From: Lophium mytilinum | Taxonomy: Eukaryota | Assembly (NCBI GenBank): GCA_010093605.1 | Contig: MU004187.1 | Span: forward strand, 248,001 to 312,000 | Direction: 5' to 3' | DNA length: 64,000 nucleotides | Part shown: piece by piece, positions 1 through 10,512 of the stretch | Numbering within the stretch: position 1 is the first letter of the stretch | How the letters are laid out: the number at the start of each line of letters is the position of its first letter | Notes under the pieces: generated by a model | What the model was told of the DNA's origin: nothing | Seen by the model: the letters and a program-made list of their open reading frames with translations, nothing else | The model's database searches: none | Program-made: the position numbers and the translations under genes

Positions 1-66
1 GCAGACGGGGAGGAGAAAAAGAAAAAGAAGAAAAAGAAGGCAGAGGTCGTGGAGGAGGAAGCGTGA
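1..66 (+). CDS. 3' end of a gene with a lysine-rich KKE/D tail (Cbf5/Nop56/Nop58-like, partial)
   Basis: Frame 1 reads ADGEEKKKKKKKKKAEVVEEEA* (TGA 64-66). Such tails are typical of nucleolar snoRNP core proteins, but the tail alone is not diagnostic. Confidence 0.45.
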   Translation, partial: ADGEEKKKKKKKKAEVVEEEA

Positions 67-645
67 TCATGCTATGCAGTGTGCGGATTTCATTACCTAG
101 CGGAGCCAAGGCGTTCGGGGCGCTCTTGTATTGAAGTGGATGCAGGTGGGCAGTCCTTCTTAGTTTGAAAATAGGCTTCTTTTGAGGTACATTTACGTCC
201 TGCAGAATCAACCTATAGTTCGTCAATCAACTATACTACGTAATTGAAACATAGTGCAATTGAAGTATCTACTAAGCGGGTAAGGGTCCGAAGACTCTCC
301 TGGAACCATTGGATTGCTAAGGTCTATAGTACCCTGTTCTATATAATACACAGCGGCTGGCGTCAGACACAAGAAAAGTCTAATGGTGGTAATAAAAGTG
401 TACTAAGACGCTACTAAAGACAAAACCCTAGGGATTGGAAAGCCGGCGGTGTTGCCTGTGAGGTGTATAATCGACGCTCTACGACGATTGATCCAAAGCC
501 ACAGTAGTGAGGTTGGCTTATTTTTTCTCGTCCGGTCCGGACCATTGCAGGTAAGATGTTGCATTAATTGGGTATACCCATCCACCTTACGACTGCGGTC
601 CAACCAGTCGAATTCCTGTCCTCGGAATGTACTGCAAACAGCGTG

Positions 646-1927
646 CTATCCAGCGATCAAAACCCACAGAAGGAAGACTAGTATCAACCGTCAGTAAACT
701 ATGAGACAAGCAACGTATACCCAAGAGAGGAGACTCACATATCATCAACACCCCAAACATCTTAGCCACAAGCCACCTATTCCCACTAACCCGACTCCAA
801 TACTTCATCAACTCCCGCTGTGCCCCTTGCACATTGTCCACCACATCCTCAGTGTTCGCATCGATCCGCTGTATCTGTTCGCTCTGTTCCGACACCATCT
901 GCGCCAGCTGCCCAAATATACTCCCGAGCTCACTGATCGTGCTTTCGATCGTCTCAATCGCCTGGCCCCGCTGTTGGATATACTGATTCTGCGGCTGCGC
1001 CTCCTCCATCAGCATCAACTGCGCATCACTCTGCGGCCCGTTCCGCATGAGCGCCGAGCTCCCCGCCGGATCTAACGACAGCAGATCCTGTTGCGCCGCA
1101 CTCGTATTCTGGAACCCAGGCGACCGCCCTCTTTGCGGCGTCTGGTTATACAGCGGGCTATCCGTCCTCTGCGGGTCCAGCGACTGGCTATGGCTCGCCG
1201 CCACATTCACAAAGTTCTCCGTCCGGCTCCTGCTCGCCTGAATATTCTTAGTCCGCACCTCCAGCACTTCGCGGAAGTTTCCCCCAACGTCCGCGAGCTT
1301 GCTCTGCAGTAGCATAAGCACATTCTGGTTATGCTCCCCAACTTGATCGCCGCCGCCAGGTTTCGCGTTCGGGTGTTGCGAGGCTGTCAGGCTCTGGAGT
1401 CCCTTGATGTTCGTGTTCAGCGCCGACAGGTCTTGCTTGATGATGTATGTGAGTTCGTTGATCTCCACGGGCCGGTCGTCAAAGAGGGTCTTCCGCTTTG
1501 CGAGTTCCGCCAGGCGCTCCAGCTTGCCCATTGTGCCTGAGATCCCGCGACCGATGTCTGCAGCTCGCCGCGCGAACTCGGAGCGCTTGCTGGTAGCGGC
1601 AGCGCCATTTGCGGAGGCTTGTTGGGAGGGGGAGAGGAGCGGTTGGCGGCCCTGTTGGCCCTGCTGGGGGTGGCGGCGCTGGGCTTGGACGAGGATGGAG
1701 CGGAATTCGGCGGTGCGGTCTTGTATAGAGGTGGTCGCCATGTCGGAGGTGATTATGCGGCGGGAGCGCGCGAAACGGGCGGAGGAGTTGGCGTCGTAAA
1801 GGGTGTTGGTGATGTTGCTGGCCGAAGCGTTCATGAAATGCATCGGCAGGGGCCACGGGGGGTGAGCGATCGGCTAGTTGAGTCAGCATCAGCCTACGCT
1901 TCTTTGGGCGTAGATTACACTCACCAT
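646..1927 (-). CDS. SED5: Cis-Golgi t-SNARE syntaxin-5/Sed5
   Basis: N-peptide MATTSIQDRTAEF (ATG 1741), LFDDRPVEINELT, and SNARE motif IESTISELGSIFGQLA. Intron 738-678 precedes the TM tail FFLLWVLIAG*. An upstream ATG exon (1927-1925) plus intron 1924-1874 is in frame. Confidence 0.95.
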
Positions 1928-2322
1928 CTTGTTGCTTTATTGTGAGGTTGAACAGTTACAGTGATGTTGGACTAAAGATGTGAGACGAGACACTGGTCAG
2001 GAAACAAGCACAAATATGGGTTCGGGGGCGTGGAGACATGTGCTGTATAGCAAGAACAAGTGTCAACTTCTTTTCATTGGCTCGAATGCTCACATGATGC
2101 TATCTTTAAATCATCACGTTTCCAGACTTCTTATAGCGAATTCAGGAGCAACGCCTCTCGCTTCCATCCGTGTAACGAATAGCCAGTACTTCTAGTTCAT
2201 TCTTATGAACGGTCCGATAATGTTTCGAACAGTCGATTGACACATCGCCCCGATACTTAGAATGTCGAAGCATTTCAGGAACAGTGTTAGAGTAGTTGTA
2301 CACATACCTACATAGAGGCAAG

Positions 2323-4303
2323 TCATCGCAGAGAGATACCCTCCGGCTCCGACGCTTCAAGCCCGTCATTCGTGAATCCAGTATCCTCCATATCATCATC
2401 ACTCGGCAGGTCAAACCTCATGAACTTTTCGTCGCTCGCCGCCGTCCCCCACTTGACCACATGGCCCTCCTGAACTTCACACTTTTTCAATACCGTTTTA
2501 TCATCGCCTTTTGCGGGACCCCCTTCAATCCTACACCTCCTTCCAAGCACGCAGTCAGACAGCTGTGCATTGGCCCCTACCTCCGCACCGTCCATTATCA
2601 GACAGCGCAAGAGGCGAGCTCCCTCTCCGATCTTGCAGTTGAAGCCGATGACTGACTCCTTTATGTTGCACTTCTCTTCCACGGTGACGTTTTCGGCGAG
2701 GAGAGAGTTTTCGGCCTGCACACTACAGCGCTTTGGTATTGACTTCTTGTGTGCAATTTTGAACTTGTGTGCAAAGGGCGAGGCCTTTTCTACGCCAATT
2801 TCTTCTATTGATGGAAGTTTCGCCAAACGGAGGGAGACGTTGAGTAGGAGCTGCACAGAGTCCACGCGGCGGATGAGGGGGTTGGTCGGCGCTGATGGTT
2901 GGATGTAAGCCAGAATCGGGGGTACAGGTAGTGGTAGCTTTTGGTTTAGTGTCGAGAGAGGAGCTTGAGGGGAGTCGGGATCTCGAACTCTCGAAGCGAA
3001 TGAAAGCGGTGCCTTTCCTCCATCTGCACTAGGATTTGGATCAACCCACGTGCTACTTAGCTTCGCAACATTAATCTCTTCGTCTAAGCCGAAAGACCTA
3101 TCGACTGGACTGTCTGAGGCGCTTCCGTTCTGGAAGATATCTCGTAGACCGAGTTTGTCACCCAGACCTTCCTGCCATCCAGCCTTCGCCCACCAACCCA
3201 ACACTTCTTCGCTAATGCTCTCAAATTTTTCGTTCCTCTTCATCATCTCCAGCACCCAGTACGGGAAGAAGTAGACGTGTGCGTCTCGATGAGTAGTCAG
3301 CATCTTTATGCGCCCATGTTTCTTGAGCAGCTGATGCCGTACCGGTAGGCATTTCCGGACTTCGACAATATCGTTCAGCGTGTCCGTAGGCACTGTGTAT
3401 ACCAGGTTGGAGATATCTCGGCGCAAAGAATCTCGAGGGGGAGGTACAATTGGGGGTGATAGAGGCGTGAGGGCAATGAGATCTGTCTCTTCTCCCTTGA
3501 CACCATCCTCGGTCTTCGTTTCATACCAAACACCTAATCCGCCTCTTCGACCGATCTTTTCACCCCCGAGCCCTATTGGTGCTTTTATCCCATCAAAGAT
3601 GCCCCCCGTAGCTCCGCCGAGACCTCCTTGTTCAACCATCCATGCTTCAGCTAATGAAGCCCCACCAAGCTCGCAAACCAGATCGCACGGCAGGACAATG
3701 AAGTCACCAGTGATGATCCTTTGCACTTCTTCTAGCCGAAATATTTCCCCTGTGCCGGTCTGATGTGTTAAACCTTTCGGAGCCTTGAGGTCAGGGCGAG
3801 GTGCGGGGAGGGACGTGAGGTGGGGGTTTTGCGACAAGGCAGCTTCGATTGCGTCCTTAGACTCGGCGGGTGTGATGAGCGTAATATCTATAGGAGGTAA
3901 GTATGCTACTATGTCTGGAGGCTGCGTATCATGACTCGTGGCAAAGGTGTACACTGTTCTGCCGCCGTATGAGGTAGTCTTGCTCATTTTCGGGAATATT
4001 CACTGATATCAACCCCACTATGCTTAGAGGCTTGAAATTGTAATGAAGGGCTCCTTGCAGCGGTAGAACAGTGTACACAGACCTTCGGTAAGGGAAGTGC
4101 AGGTGGATTCAGGAAGGCGCTGTACCTGTGACTCCCATGCGATAGCACCATTCCAGAGGATACCACACCATAGGCCTATTTGCGATCGGGAGAAGAGCTT
4201 TCGGAATATCGGCGGGACTCGAGGTAAATGTGCTCATAGAGGCACCTGGCCCGCAGAGGATTACGGCCTGGAAGCCTGGTTGCGGCATTGTCGAATGTGG
4301 CAT
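2323..4303 (-). CDS. GCD1: Translation initiation factor eIF2B gamma subunit
   Basis: FQAVILCGPG...PKALLPIANRPMVWYPL nucleotidyltransferase-like N-terminus, DFIVLPCDLV, and a C-terminal left-handed beta-helix (IKESVIGFNCKIGEGARL). Intron 4125-3888. Confidence 0.93.
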
Positions 4304-4773
4304 GGTTTTGGAGAGACCCCCGCTGTGACTGTAGGACTAGGACCCTGGCTCTTTTGATTTTTGAGATAGCTCTATGGTGGAGGAAGAGGCGGTCAATCCG
4401 TTATATAGCGCTCAGAAATTGAACTCACCGTCCACTTATCTAGTGTAGGTCGTCAATTATGGGAAGTACCAGGAAATGAAGAAGCGAAGTTGTAAGAATT
4501 CAAAGACTCGTGAGTCGAACAAACGCAAAGGGCCGTAATATTCACTGACGTAATACGCGTAATGTATCTCGGGAGAGACCGCCAGAACTCCGATCAATTT
4601 TCTATACTCGCATCCCATCCCATCAACTACCACCTCGCAGCCGTCTGCAGCAATTCCCTAGTCGGCTATCGAAGCCACTTTGGAATCATCTCCATCCCGC
4701 TCAACCAGCCTCTCCCAATCAGCGCCGCCTTTTCAACTTCCACTTGGCCGCCGGCTCTACACAGCACATCGCA

Positions 4774-5234
4774 ATGGTAAAACCTACCGCCACCTCCATC
4801 ACCTACTTCTCTAACCCCCCCAGGCGCACCGCATAATAACCCAAGTCGTCCTCACGGGCTCGCGCATCCTCGGCCGCGCCTTCGCCGAGTCGTATCGACA
4901 AGCCGCCGCCTCTCAAAAATACGCCGCCGCTTCTTCGAAAAACCCAAACGCTACAACGTTCTCCGCGTCCGGCCTAACGCTCGACGAAGCCTGCAAGATC
5001 CTGAATGTTCCGCCACCAAAAGGCGGCGAGGCGAACCTGACGGCTGTGCAAGAGCGATTCAAGAAGCTGTTTGATCTGAATGAACCGAAGAAGGGCGGGA
5101 GTTTCTATCTGCAGAGTAAGATTCTGAGAGCGCGGGAACGGATAGAGATGGAGGTGAGGACGGCGGAAGAGGCGGCGTCGAGAGAGGCGGAGTTGAAGGA
5201 GGGGTGGAAGCCGAAGGTGTTCAAAGATCGGTAG
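4774..5234 (+). CDS. PAM16: Mitochondrial import motor subunit Pam16/Tim16
   Basis: ATG, then intron 4777-4823, then AHRIITQVVLTGSRILGRAFAESYRQA...LTLDEACKILNV...GGSFYLQSKILRARERI. Confidence 0.95.
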
Positions 5235-5903
5235 TGGCTTGGTATATTGGAGCGGTATGTTGGGTGGCGGTTTGACGATATTCTCCTCTCTGGGCGCCTC
5301 CGGTCAAAGACGACGCGACATCGTTTGAGCGGGTTGGGTGGGTCCGGGGGTTGGTTGGCTGGGAGAACCTGGGCATTTGGAGACACAGACCTTCGATTGT
5401 TTTGCTATACACGGCGGAACCATATTGAACAGCATTAGCATGGCGTTTGGGGCATTGTAGACCATCTTGTAAAAATAGTGCCCTGCGACGGTTGTAAATA
5501 CATTGCACGTAAGGATCTCAAGCTATCATTGTACGGTGTGAATTCTATATGCACTCGAGCTACGACACTTCTTCATTGCTCGTTGTATTACTCCAAATTG
5601 GGATATGTAAGGCATCCACCATTCTTCTCCCCCATCCGTGATTCTGGATTGCTGCAGTCTGATTCAACCAAATTTCGAATTTGTTGTTCTGGAACTCGCA
5701 TTTCGCTCATTAGGGGGGGTATCTTGGGTTGTTCCGGTCCTCAAGGTCGAGATTGCTTCGATGCAGGGCAGGATCCTGTCCCAGGTGATTGATCGAACGT
5801 GTCTGTAGCATAGCCTCTGAGGCGAAGCCGCTCTTAAACCCTTGGGGGTGATGGAATCCACTTCATACTAAGAGATCGTAGCATTTGACAAGGGCTCCCG
5901 TAC

Positions 5904-7448
5904 TTATATAGACCATCCAGCAGCCGCCTTAGCAGCGCCACGTTTGGAGAATGTTGACGGGGCGACAGAAGGGGCGACAGCAGGAACGAGCTCCGGGACA
6001 GCTTCTCCATCCTGAATATCAAGAACCTCCATCCCGTCGACGAGACTCGAATGCAGGAGTCTCAGATTGGCCGCTGTGACTGGACCGCCTTGTGAGGGGA
6101 GCACGTCCTCATCTTCTGTGGGCGGGAGTGTTCCAACCTCAGGCTGAACAGGAAGGCCCTCTTCGGGCTCGCTGTCATCTTCTTCCTCTTCGCCTTCTGC
6201 CCGTCCTTCGCCCTCGACACCGTCCGCACCGACTTCTTTCATGTAAGCATCCAGTTCTTTCGCCATCTTTCTGCTGAACCCTGAGGCTTCAACCGCAATA
6301 TCCAACCGATTTTGAACAACCTTGATAGACTCTGCAAAGAAGGGGCCCGGATCATCGCTAGTGAAGTGGAACCTCCTAGAGAAGAAGCGCTTGATACACG
6401 CCACATCCCTATCGAAATAATACTGTGCATTTGGGTGGTCGATCGAAACCATTTGCGGAAAATCAATGATAGTCGGGACGAGCGTAATCGATTCCGCGGG
6501 CTCCTTCACCTCATCGCCGCCTTCAGGCATCGGCGCGTTCCCTAGTGCATCCAGTTCTTGCTCCTCCTCGATATCTGGTAGCGAATGAGTCCTCCCATCC
6601 ACCCCTGTCTTCCTCTCCTCAATGAGAATGTTGAACTCATTGTAATCTCCGTGAATGAGCCCCACTCCCGCTAACCGCACAATCAGTGCCAACAGCTCTG
6701 CATACAGCCCTGCCGGATCTGGGACACTGCTGATCTGCCGCAGGGGGAACGCATTAATCAGACTCATTACAATCGTGTGTCTACTCTGCGCCACTGGTAC
6801 TGGCACTGGGAAGTCGTTCTCATGTAGCGCTTTCATGATCGCAAACTCTTTCAGTGCCGCGAGCCGGCTCATATACATCCATGATCCAGACGTTCGATTA
6901 CGGAGATAGTCGCGATTAGCCTTGACAGTGCGGAAGGAAATACGGCCCAGACGATGGATCTTGAGCACGCGCTGGATGCCTTCTGCGGAAGCGACGACGT
7001 AGATGTCGGATTCTTTGCCAACGCCGATTTGGTTGCCGACGCTGTAGATGCTAGTGGATTTGCGGTGGGTATTGAGGGCGAGGTAGTCCAGGCCGCCGTA
7101 GGTTAGGCGGTAGCCGTCGTCTTGTCATGTGTGAGTGGGTGATATTGGAGAAATGAAAGTAGACGTCAACGAAAGAATGACTGAACTGAGACCTACATTT
7201 CGCGTTTTGGATTTTTGCGATCAGGTTTACTTTGGCTAGATTGGATATATTTCTATGAACGCTGTTCCGGAGGCCAGATAGTTGTCCTATCAGTTTCGTG
7301 GGAACAAGTTCATGGTTTTTGCTGCCCATTTCCACCTGTGGGATATTAGTTCCGTTCTATCCAAATTTTCGCAGAGCGCACGCACAGCAGTAAGAACTCT
7401 CCAGTCCTCGGCCGTCAGGTAGCGGATAGCCTTGGTATCTAACTTCAT
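5904..7448 (-). CDS. RIO2: Atypical kinase Rio2 (pre-40S maturation)
   Basis: MKLDTKAIRYLTAEDWRVLTA, EMGSKNHELVP, GVGKESDIY, LIHGDYNEFNILI and IIDFPQMVS; two introns. Confidence 0.96.
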
Positions 7449-7682
7449 CTTGGTTGTTTGGTGATTTTGCTATAGCTCTTGTTGCGTTGGCAAGTTTGGG
7501 ACGTTCCAAAAGTTGTGAAGTTCACAAATCACTAGCGGGCTTGGCACATTTGTGAAGGTTTTAGGAGCTAGATATCTTTTTTTCTTGAAGCATATATAGC
7601 TTCGTGGAAGCGCCATACAATTCGATACACGGACCTTCCCACCACCTGAACGCCTGCCATAGCCAAAGAAACCAAATAGCAC

Positions 7683-8598
7683 CTAGTAGCTTCCTCGTCC
7701 CCTCGGAGTGAACCCTCGACTACCTCCCCTAGGGGCACCACGAGAAGACTGGAACCCTCCGCCTCGTCCTCCAAAGCCTCTGGATCCGCCCCTGCCACCC
7801 CGATCACCGAAGCCTCCCCGTCCTCGTGGTGCGCCTCGTCCGCGTGAGAATCCTCCTCGAGCACCCCCAGCTCCTCCGCGACCACCACCGGCACGTTTTG
7901 GTTTTGCAGCTCCTGTACACTCAATTAGTACCGTAGTAAGACCGTTTAGTAGAGGAAAGACATACCTGGTGGGGGCTTCGGCTTCGGCAAGAACCTGTCC
8001 AAGTCGTCAGCACTTGTCCTCAAATCTCATCCGGGGCAGCCATACTTCTCCAACGGTAATAGTTTATCCCCGCCAATGAAGAACTTGTCCCCGTTCTTGA
8101 ACGATTCCGCTTGGATGCCTTCTTGCGGCTTGATGGTGAAGTAGACCTGGTTCAGCGGCCCTAGGATCTCGTCGACTTTTCCAATCGGTGTCTGCGCTCG
8201 CATTAGCTCCTGTGTTCGCAATACTTCGACCAGTATTCCTGTAGTATTCGCATACCTTGTTCTCGAGGTAAATCGGCGCATTGAAGTACGGGATCTTCAC
8301 ATTGATCGACTCGCACACGATCTCGCCTTCGCAGGCATGAACGAATTTGCCCATCTCTGCCCCACTTTAGCTTCATTCTTTCTCTTTCCAAAGATCTAGT
8401 ATTTACGCACCAAATACAGCGGATGGGGGTCCGTATGATTGCTGGTAAGCTCCTCCGCGACCTGCAAAGATATTAGCTAGCTGTTACAGCTTTTTGCGCA
8501 GGTCAAGACGCACCTCCGCGTGGTGTGAAATTGCTTCCGCCGCCTCGTCCGCCAGGGGAGAAGCCGCCGCGGCCTCGAAAACCGCCTCGGGATGCCAT
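7683..8598 (-). CDS. GAR1: H/ACA snoRNP protein Gar1
   Basis: RGG-rich termini; core [30 protein letters not shown] / [19 protein letters not shown]; several short introns. Confidence 0.96.
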
Positions 8599-8911
8599 TA
8601 TGAGTTGTGTGAAGGGTGGACTGGGAGCTCTTGGTGGGACAAAGTTGCGCAAAATCGAGATAGAAAATCGATCGGATCAAAGTTTGGATTTTCGCCGAGA
8701 TCACATGACGGAGAACGTTTCTCGCTCGCTATTGGTCGAATCGACCTTATGGTCTTTGCGATTTTACTTACCTTAGGTAGTCACTTATGACGGTTTCGTA
8801 GTGCGCTTCAATGAGTATCTGGTCATTCATCTGGGCATCACCTCCCACAGTGACCCAATCGTTATTATTTTGGGTATATCTTTCGTACGCATCCAATCAT
8901 ACAATCACATC

Positions 8912-10184
8912 CTACCGCATCAACGCTGCCAGCGCCCGCTTCATCCGCTGCGCCTTGATCTTGAGCAGCTTGACGCTCTCTAGAAACAGCTCATCGCTCT
9001 CCCACTGACCTGTGCTCTCGACCTTGAAGATGAAGTGATCCCTGACACGACCGAGCTTGACCTTGTCCTTTAACTCTGCATGTCGTAAGCACTCTCTCGA
9101 CACGGTGTCTCGCATCGTGTCCTCCACTACTGCCTTCATCTCTCCCTCATGCCCCTTATATTCACTACCTTCTCTCTGCCCTTCTTCACGTGTGATTGGC
9201 TCCAGTCCAATCACACCTTTCGGGAAGCATCGTGCGAACTTCTCTGCGTCTGGGCCGATTATAGGTTTCAGGATGTCGATGGTTGGTAGAAGTCGGTACG
9301 ACGCTGTTGCGACGGGGGAAAACTTGGCGTGGTCGGCACCAATGCCCTTCATGGCGTACATCCTCATGTTGATCTTCTGACCGGGTCGTAGCTTGGCTAT
9401 CAGAATGTCTGGATTCGCGGCTCGGACAGGGTCGTCGGCAAATCTTGTAATTTGCTGGCCAGTTGGCTCGTAGATGATGTCACGGGCATACACTGGGCCT
9501 AAGTCAGCCGAGAAACTCCTGCTGGGATCATGGAGGCTTACCGTTGTGGTTGTTGTACAGCTTGTTCGGGTCTGTCTCTCCATTCACAGCTCTCATCTGA
9601 CCACCTGCCTGCCATGCGCATTCTATCTGTAAGTTCAGAATGCAAACGTTGTAGTCGTTGTGTGTGCTGCCTTCTGGGTCCTCATCGTTCCCCTTCTGGA
9701 ACCAATGCATCCACCTCAAGCCCTCTCGACTGCCTCTGAATGGTATAAGGCCCATGCGGTGGCATAAGACTTCATCTTGAATGATTGATGTGTTGTGTAT
9801 CACGAAAATATCTTCGATGGCGACAGTGGGGACTTCAGCAATGAGGATGCGCCTGAAGGCGTTTGCGACGGATGCATCGAGGCCAATGAGCGAAAAGGAG
9901 GAGTCGAATTGGTCGTTAGAATGGAACTTGACATTAAAGGTCTGGTAGAGTCAGCGTGTGTCCTCTAGAGTACGGCGAGCACTCTCTTACCCTTTTGAAG
10001 AAGTCTAGGTCCCAAGAATGATCTTCACCTGGCCATTGTCCGGGGAAGTCTGTCGAAGTGACGTTGGTCACTGTCTCAGCATTTATGCCGACGATCTGTG
10101 GAAGACGCATTAGATATATGGTGTGTTATGGCATGCAATTGCTTCAATTACCTTTCGTCGGTCGAGCTCTGCCTGGCCGACCAT
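8912..10184 (-). CDS. RPC40: RNA polymerase I/III shared subunit AC40
   Basis: DASVANAFRRILIAEVPTVAIE, NTSIIQDEVLCHRMGLIP, ILIAKLRPGQ, GIGADHAKFSPVATASYRLLP and DHFIFKVESTG; introns. Confidence 0.96.
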
Positions 10185-10512
10185 GCTCGTCGATTGTCAA
10201 GCAATGGCGGGGTGTTGTTCTGGTGGATCTGTGGCTACGCTTCGAGCGAAATCATGCGGTTTCTTCTGGCAAGAGTGGAGAAGTCGCTGCGGTGTATGTG
10301 GAAGTTCTTTGGGGGTAGGTTTCGCGCGAAAGAGATATAGTCAGAGTTGGAGTGGAGAGTTCCAAGCTGGTGAACAAATTTTGAGACAGAGGCCGCCAAA
10401 GCCCTCTAATTTCTACACCGCCCCGGCGAATGGTTTATCCGTCGGCATGAAGCCTCGAAAAGTTTCTGTCCCGTTTTCCGACGCCTATCGCAAGTCGCAA
10501 AATCTAAACACA

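Noticed and set aside
10123..10512. 130-aa upstream extension of the NOP4 ORF
   Set aside because: It overlaps the first exon of RPC40 and the shared promoter; the sequence looks non-coding and MAPERKK at 10513 has a good start context.
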